Assembly (NCBI GenBank): GCA_038143795.1
Contig: JAYQMQ010000002.1
Coordinates: 487,105 to 551,104, forward strand
DNA: 64,000 nucleotides
Source: Flavobacteriaceae bacterium
GTDB taxonomy: Bacteria; Bacteroidota; Bacteroidia; Flavobacteriales; Flavobacteriaceae
Direction: 5' to 3'
Below, piece after piece: positions 57,297 through 64,000 of this stretch (its first letter is position 1; the number at the start of each line of letters is the position of its first letter). The notes beneath the pieces are model-generated. The model had not been told where the DNA came from. It saw nothing but the letters and a program-made list of their open reading frames with translations, and made no database searches. The position numbers were made by a program, and so were the translations under genes.

Positions 57297-58927
57297 ATGT
57301 CCAATAGCAACACCATTGTGCCTTCCCCAGAAAACGAACCTATTTTTTCCTACGCTCCCGGAAGTCCAGAGCGTAAAGAAGTCCTGAAAACTTATAAGAA
57401 ATTATACAACGCCCCCATTGAAGTACCGCTATTTATTGGAGGAAAAGAAATTAAAACGGGACACACTGCGAGCATGCACCCCCCCACGCCCACCAACATC
57501 ATTTGGGTACCTATCATTTGGCTAGTGAAACTCACGTAGATCTGGCAATTGAAAATGCATTGGCGGCAAAAAAACAATGGGCAGCCATGCCCTGGGAAGC
57601 GAGAGCTTCTATTTTTCTTAAGGCGGCAGAGCTTTTGGCAGGACCCTATCGGACAACTATCAATGCAGCCACGATGATTGCCCAATCCAAAACCATTCAC
57701 CAAGCAGAAATTGACGCTGCCTGTGAATTGATTGATTTTTTGCGTTTTAATGTAGCCTATATGCAGGAAATTTATCAGAATCAACCCGTTTCTGGTCCCG
57801 GCATGTGGAATCGCCTCCAATACCGACCCTTAGAAGGTTTTGTCTATGTAATCTCCCCTTTTAATTTCACCGCTATTGCGGGCAATCTTTCGGCCAGTGC
57901 TGCCATGATGGGAAATGTGATTGTCTGGAAACCCAGTGATCATCAAATTTTTTCGGCCAAAGTGGTCATGGACGTATTTCGCGAAGCAGGGCTGCCCGAT
58001 GGAGTTATCAATATGGTGATGGGTGATCCCGAAATGGTAACCCAACGGGTATTGGCCTCTCCGGATTTTGCGGGGATACACTACACAGGATCTACTTTTG
58101 TCTTCAAAAGTATTTGGGAAAAAATTGGAAACAACATCAAAAACTACAAGTCCTATCCCAAAATAGTAGGCGAAACGGGAGGTAAAGATTTTATTATTGC
58201 GCATCCTTCAGCCCAGCCCGAACAAGTTGCAACAGGGATCATCCGTGGGGCTTTTGAATTTCAAGGACAAAAATGTTCAGCGGCTTCGCAAGTCTATCTA
58301 CCTGCTTCTATCGCTGAAACTGTTCTAGACTACGTAATAAAAGAAGTGAGTACAATTAAAATGGGCTCTCCAGAAGATTTTGAAAACTATGTGACGGCAG
58401 TTATTCACCGTGCTGCTTTCGATCGCCTTAAGGAAGCAATTGAACGCGTAAATAATGACACGGAAGCAGAAATAGTTCTCGGCGGAAACTGCGATGACAG
58501 CGTGGGGTACTTTGTTTCACCTACCGTGGTTCGCACCACCGATCCTTACTATTTCAGCATGACCACCGAGCTGTTTGGCCCCCTCGTAACTGTATATGTA
58601 TATGAAGATAATTTATGGGAAGAAACCCTTAAATTGGTTGATAATACATCAGACTACGCTCTCACTGGAGCAGTCTTCTCCCAAGATCGCTATGCGTTAC
58701 AAGAAGCTTTTGATGCCTTGGAAAATAGTGCAGGAAATTTTTATTTTAATGATAAACACACCGGTGCAGTGGTTGGACAACAACCCTTTGGCGGTGCAAG
58801 GGGATCGGGGACAAATGACAAAGCGGGGTCTATGTTTAATCTGTTGCGTTGGGTTTCTCCTAGATTAATTAAGGAGACTTTTGTACCTCCAACCGATTAT
58901 CGTTACCCGTTTTTAGAAAAAGATTAA
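57297..58927 (+). CDS. pruA: L-glutamate gamma-semialdehyde (1-pyrroline-5-carboxylate) dehydrogenase, one frame break
   Basis: Aldehyde dehydrogenase body with ETGGKD and QGQKCSAAS catalytic motifs in ORF 57503-58927. The N-terminal 70 aa are in ORF 57297-57539. Confidence 0.88.
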
Positions 58928-59148
58928 AATCCAAAAGCGTAACAATTTACCTCAGCTAGGGTCTTGTAGAGTAGAATCGGCACATTTTGCAGGATGATAA
59001 TCACTTTCAATTGAAGGTTCCTCCCTCTTTTTTCATTGATTATGATGAGAGAGACTTTAAAAAAAACTAGAAAAATTAGAAGGTAAGCTAGAGAAAATAA
59101 TTATCAAAATTGAAAAGCGCTGGGAGCTTAAGGACTAAGTTTTTTGTC

Positions 59149-59802
59149 TTAAAATTGTGGTAAATAAACCAATTTCTTAGTTTCAAAGAAAGGCTCAGAA
59201 AAGTACTGTTGTAAAGAGATTACCTCTGCTTTTGGAAAGGGACGCAACTCTTCTGAAAGATCCCCTCCCTTTAGGCAAATCAATCCGTTTGATACTTTGT
59301 TCTGTGAGTCAGGTTTTAGTTTATCTCCAATCCAGTGAACCAAGGTATCCATTGGAGCAACCGCCCGACAAACAATAAAATCAGCCTGATTTGTAACGGC
59401 TTCCATGCGGTTATTGGTAGTGGTAACATTTTTTATTGAAAGTGCTTGTACAACGGCATTGACAACCTTTATTTTTTTTCCAATACTATCAACTAAGTGA
59501 AAGTGTACTTTTGGAAAAAAAAACAGCTAAAGGAACGCCAGGGAATCCACCTCCCGTCCCAACATCGAGAATTTGGGTGCCAGGTACAAAGGAAATAAAC
59601 TTCGCTAGAGCTAAAGAGTGGAGTACGTGTCGGACATAGAATTCATCCATATCCTTTCTTGAGATTACGTTGATTTGTTGATTCCATTCCACATACAATG
59701 AATACATCTTTTGAAATTGTTTGTGTTGCTCGTCACTTAATGTTAGAAAATAGTTAAGAAGTTGTTCCAAGAATTTTTTTCTAAAGATAATAAAGCTTTC
59801 AT
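59149..59802 (-). CDS. rsmG: 16S rRNA (guanine527-N7)-methyltransferase, interrupted
   Basis: ILDVGTGGGFPGVPLA SAM motif in ORF 59489-59824. The C-terminus is in ORF 59149-59406. The ATG at 59802 is usable only after a change in the T7 run 59774-59780; otherwise the start is TTG at 59824. Confidence 0.82.
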
Positions 59803-59832
59803 TTTTATTATTTTTGATATTCAAAAACTCCT

Positions 59833-60882
59833 ATGTATTTAAAATTCCCTCGAAAAGATTTAGTGGGCTTTTATAAAGAATTGACTCGCCGAGTCAATGA
59901 CTACTTCAAAAGCAATCAAATCAAAAAAACTGGAAACTATAAACTCCATATAAAAGCTTGTATAATGATTGCCCTTTTGGCACTTCCGTATACTTTAATT
60001 CTGACTCTCGAAATGCCTGGATGGCTTCAATTGATGCTCTGTGTGATCGCTGGGATTGGAATGGCTGGAATAGGGATGAATGTTATGCACGATGGTAATC
60101 ATGGCTCCTACTCCTCTCTCCCTTGGGTAAATAATATCATGGGGAGTACCATTTATTTTTTAGCTGGAAATGCTGACAACTGGAAGGTGCAACACAATTT
60201 TTTACATCACACCTTTACCAATATTCATGGACATGATGAAGATTTGGAAGCTAATGGAATTCTTCGCTTTTCCAATCATCAACCTTGGAGACCAATACAT
60301 CGTTTTCAACATCTGTATTCTGTTCTTCTATATGGTTTGTTGACTCTCAACTGGGCTTTCGTTTCAGATTTCAGTCAAATGCGTCGATATTTACGTGATC
60401 ACAAAAGCGTTGCCCAAACCAAAAGCCCCAAAATCCTTTGGACAAAGCTTGTAATTACTAAAATCTTATACTTTGCGGGTTGGTTAGTGGTTCCCTATCT
60501 TATTCTTGGGATTGCATTTTGGAAAATTTTAATTGGCTTTTTTGTGATGCATTATACCGCAGGCCTCATTCTTAGTTTAATATTTCAGCTCGCCCATGTT
60601 CTTGAGGACACAGATATGCCGATACCAAAACCTGATACTCGGGAAATGAAAAACACTTGGGCTATTCATCAATTATATACCACAGCGAACTTTTCTCCAA
60701 AAAACATTTTAGTGAATTGGTATGTGGGTGGATTAAATTTTCAAATTGAACATCACATTTTTCCACATATTTCACATGTCCACTATCGAAAAATTGCCAG
60801 TATCATAAAAAGTACAGCCAAAGAATTTAATTTGCCCTACAATGAGTTTAAAACTGCACGAAGCGCTACTTTCGCATTTTAA
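59833..60882 (+). CDS. membrane fatty-acid desaturase family protein
   Basis: Intact ORF with three histidine boxes (HDGNHGS, HNFLHH, QIEHHIFP). Confidence 0.85.
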   Translation: MYLKFPRKDLVGFYKELTRRVNDYFKSNQIKKTGNYKLHIKACIMIALLALPYTLILTLEMPGWLQLMLCVIAGIGMAGIGMNVMHDGNHGSYSSLPWVNNIMGSTIYFLAGNADNWKVQHNFLHHTFTNIHGHDEDLEANGILRFSNHQPWRPIHRFQHLYSVLLYGLLTLNWAFVSDFSQMRRYLRDHKSVAQTKSPKILWTKLVITKILYFAGWLVVPYLILGIAFWKILIGFFVMHYTAGLILSLIFQLAHVLEDTDMPIPKPDTREMKNTWAIHQLYTTANFSPKNILVNWYVGGLNFQIEHHIFPHISHVHYRKIASIIKSTAKEFNLPYNEFKTARSATFAF

Positions 60883-60932
60883 ATTTCTAAAAAGAATGGG
60901 TATCAACCCAGGGACACTAACTATATAATTTT

Positions 60933-62118
60933 ATGGAGGCATTATCCAATCGAATCAATAGCCTGCCAGTATCAGCTACCTTAGCGATGGCAGCCAAAGC
61001 GAGAGAATTAAAAAAATAAAGGCACTGATGTTATTGGGCTGAGCTTAGGCGAACCCGATTTCAATACTCCCGATTTCATTAAAGAGGCAGCAATACAGGC
61101 AATTAATGACAATTACAACTCTTACTCACCTGTCGATGGGTATATGGATTTGAAAGAAGCCGTGTGTGAGAAATTCAAACGAGACAATAACTTGGTGTAC
61201 ACACCTTCCCAAGTAGTAGTTTCTACTGGTGCCAAGCAATCCATCGCCAATGTATGTATGGTTCTTTTAAACCCTGGCGATGATGTGATTCTCCCGGCCC
61301 CCTATTGGGTCAGTTATTCCGCCATTGTTACTCTTGCAGAAGCAACACCCATTATTGTTCCTACAGGCATCGACCAAAATTTCAAAATTACTCCCCAACA
61401 GCTAGAAGCTTCCATCACACCAAAGACCAAGCTCATTATGTTCAATTCACCGAATAATCCTTCTGGTACCGTATATACAGAAGCTGAATACCGTGCTTTG
61501 GCAAATGTTTTGGAGAGATATCCCAAAATCTATGTTTTATCTGATGAGATATACGAACACATCAGCTACAGCGGAGAAGTTTTTAGTTTGGCTTCTATCC
61601 CTTCCCTATATGATCGGACAATAACTGTAAACGGATTGGCCAAAGCTTTTGCCATGACGGGTTGGCGAATTGGCTACATCGGTGCCCCGGAGTGGATTGC
61701 CAAAGCCTGCAATAAAATGCAAGGTCAGATAACCAGTGGTACAAATTGCATTGCGCAACGAGCTGCCATCACTGCCTTGCTCGCTCCTGTTAAAAAAATT
61801 CAATACATGGTTGATGAATTTAAAATACGTCGCCAATTGATTATCGATTTGCTAAGTAAAATAAAAGGATTTAATGTGAACGAACCCGATGGAGCCTTCT
61901 ATGTGTTTCCCGATGTCTCTGCTTTTTTTGGCAAAACATTCCAAGGGCAAACTCTCCGAAATGCAACTGATTTTGCATTATATCTTTTAGAAAAAGCCCA
62001 TGTTGCTACCGTTACTGGAGACGCATTTGGAGATCCGAACTGCATACGAATTTCATATGCTGCTTCCGAAACCCAAATTAAAGAAGCCCTAGGAAGAATC
62101 GCCAAAGCACTCGAATAA
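60933..62118 (+). CDS. aspartate/aromatic-type PLP aminotransferase, one frame break
   Basis: MEALSNRINSLPVSATLAMAAKARELK joins GTDVIGLSLGEPDFNTP after a change at the A-run 61010-61016. NSPNNPSG and NGLAKAFAMTGWRIGY (PLP lysine) are in ORF 61144-62118. Confidence 0.85.
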
Positions 62119-62219
62119 TTCCCTCCAATGGCAAGAAAAAGCAGTGATTCCTGAAATTCTGAGGAAAACCAATCAATAGGGGATGAATGTAAGTAAACTC
62201 TACGCTTTCATTAAGCGAC

Positions 62220-63302
62220 TTATCCCTTAACGATTTGTTCTTGATGATTTATGGATTCTTGATGGATGGCTTTGAAGAGTCGTAATACAAATTCTTCGGA
62301 CAATCCTCGTTCGTCTCCTTCCAAAACCATTTTTCCCAATATTTCGTTCCATCGCTTACTTTGTAATACTGCAACATTGTTTGATTTCTTAAGTTCTCCA
62401 ATGGCTTCAGCCACTTTCATTCGCTTGCCCAGCGAATCCAAGATGGCTTGATCGGCTACATCAATTTGAGCTCGAAGGTTTTGCAATTCAGACTGATAAC
62501 TTTCTTCATCGGTAGTTGTTTTTCGGATTTTTAAGTCTTTCATAATTTGGACCAAAGCCGATGGGGTCACTTGCTGTGCGGCATCGCTCCATGCATTATC
62601 AGGATCCCAGTGACTTTCTACCATCAGGCCGTCAAAATTGAGATCCAAGGCCATCTGGCAGGCATCAAATATCATATCGCGTTTTCCGGTAATATGTGAA
62701 GGATCACAAATCAAAGGCAAGTCAGGAAAGCGATTCTGAACTTCAACAGCAATTTGCCATTCTGGATTGTTACGGTATTTGCTTTTGCCGTGACTGGAAA
62801 ATCCGCGATGAATTAAGCCTAGTTTTTTGATATTGGCGGTATACAATCGCTCCACACCCCCTAACCAAAGAGCGACATCTGGATTTACTGGGTTTTTAAC
62901 CAATACGATTTTGTCTGTTCCTTCTAAGGAATCGGCTATTTCTTGAACGATAAATGGACTCACTGTTGAACGAGCGCCAATCCATAAAATATCAATATCG
63001 TGTTCCAATGCTAGTTTTACATGGTCTTTATTCGCAACTTCAGTAGCGGTAAGTAAACCTGTTTCTTCTTTAACACGCTGCAACCATTTCAGTCCAATGG
63101 CTCCTACCCCTTCAAAATTTCAAGGACGTGTCCTTGGCTTCCAAATACCAGCACGAAAGGCCGTGACATCGGTGTCTTTGAGCTCATGAGCTATCTTTAA
63201 TACTTGTTCTTCTGTTTCAGCACTACAAGGGCCAGCGATGACCAAAGGGTGGTCGAGATCAAAGTTGGTGAGCCATTCGTGCATTGCGGGAGTATTTTTC
63301 AT
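62220..63302 (-). CDS. bifunctional 3-deoxy-7-phosphoheptulonate synthase / chorismate mutase type II, one frame break
   Basis: VIAGPCSAE start region in ORF 63120-63302. DAHP synthase body plus a C-terminal chorismate mutase helix bundle (LRAQIDVADQAILDSLGKRMKVA) in ORF 62220-63083. Confidence 0.82.
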
Positions 63303-63304
63303 TA

Positions 63305-64000
63305 TTAATTGGGTTTAATTCTGTTTAGGATGTTTTTTAATTGATTAGTATGTTTGAGTTCGTTATATAATTCTGTGTAGGAATTTTCTTGCAGCTGTTT
63401 TTTAAATTTTTCTAGGTTGTTTATATAGGCTGACAAAATATCTAAAACGTGTTTTTTATTGTCTTTAAAGATCGATACCCACATGTCAGGGGAACTTTTT
63501 GCCAGACGGACGGTGGATTCAAATCCACTGCCGGCTAAATCAAAAATATTCTTTTCATCTTCTTCTCGTTCCAGAACTGTTTTCCCCAACATAAAAGAAC
63601 TTATATGAGACAAGTGAGAAACATAAGCCATATGCTTATCATGCGCATCGGGATTCATAAATCGTAGATACATCCCCATTTGTTCAAATGTAGTTTTTGC
63701 CCAGTCCAGTAGATCCGTTCGGGTTTTGTTTGCCTCACAAATTATTTGAGGCTTATCGGAAAACAATCCCAAATGAGCTGCCTGAGGGCCTGAATATTCG
63801 GTTCCAGCAATGGGATGGGCAGCTAGAAATTGGTTTCGCTTTGGATGGTCCGCTACAGCTCGGCAAATACTTTTTTTGGTCGAACCCACGTCCCATACCA
63901 AAGTGTCTTCAGGAATCAAGTGCAACAGTTGGGGTAATAAAGCGACACTTGCTTTCACAGGAATACAAAGTACTACCCGATCCACTTCATGAACTCCATC
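63305..64000 (-). CDS. tyrA: prephenate dehydrogenase, 5' end outside the window
   Basis: DVGSTKKSI ... AAHPIAGTEYSGP pattern. The reading frame stays open to the window edge. Confidence 0.8.
   Translation of the reverse strand, partial: DGVHEVDRVVLCIPVKASVALLPQLLHLIPEDTLVWDVGSTKKSICRAVADHPKRNQFLAAHPIAGTEYSGPQAAHLGLFSDKPQIICEANKTRTDLLDWAKTTFEQMGMYLRFMNPDAHDKHMAYVSHLSHISSFMLGKTVLEREEDEKNIFDLAGSGFESTVRLAKSSPDMWVSIFKDNKKHVLDILSAYINNLEKFKKQLQENSYTELYNELKHTNQLKNILNRIKPN

Overview
This window reads like a chromosomal segment from a Flavobacteriia-type Bacteroidota genome. That placement is inference only, based on gldJ, porV, a DUF5103-type T9SS plug-like gene, and the gene orders porV-gldJ-murF and rsfS-ftsH-LUD-cdsA-psd. 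It holds about 70 protein genes, almost all housekeeping: lipid genes (fabH, cdsA, psd, a desaturase), an Mla-type ABC pair, pyruvate dehydrogenase E1alpha/E2, cell-wall genes (murF, ddl, murB, an M15 peptidase), translation genes (valS, rsgA, rsmG, rluD, dtd, map, rsfS), gpmI, the full Na+-NQR operon nqrA-F with apbE, pruA, and aromatic amino-acid genes at the right edge. There are also two tRNAs, tRNA-Val(GAC) and tRNA-Trp(CCA). All family names come from motifs I recognise by eye, not from searches. The dominant signal is that about 43 of the ~70 genes cannot be read through as written. The breaks sit at short homopolymer runs and the fragments keep full family-level conservation. This points to indel error, or very recent slippage, rather than old pseudogenes. 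The breaks are unevenly spread: none in 29.8-33.6 kb or in nqrF-nqrB, but four in nqrA. The only clearly accessory patch is 11.2-17.7 kb. Its core is AT-rich and it carries tRNA-Val, a frameshifted small serine recombinase with degenerate catalytic motifs, a decayed PqaA-type gene, a SHOCT-tailed small protein, a 7-repeat lipoprotein, and five tightly packed tiny lipoprotein/membrane genes. I saw no CRISPR array, no intact mobile element, and no recognisable defence or toxin system. I cannot point to a convincing novel multi-gene system; the candidates listed are modest.
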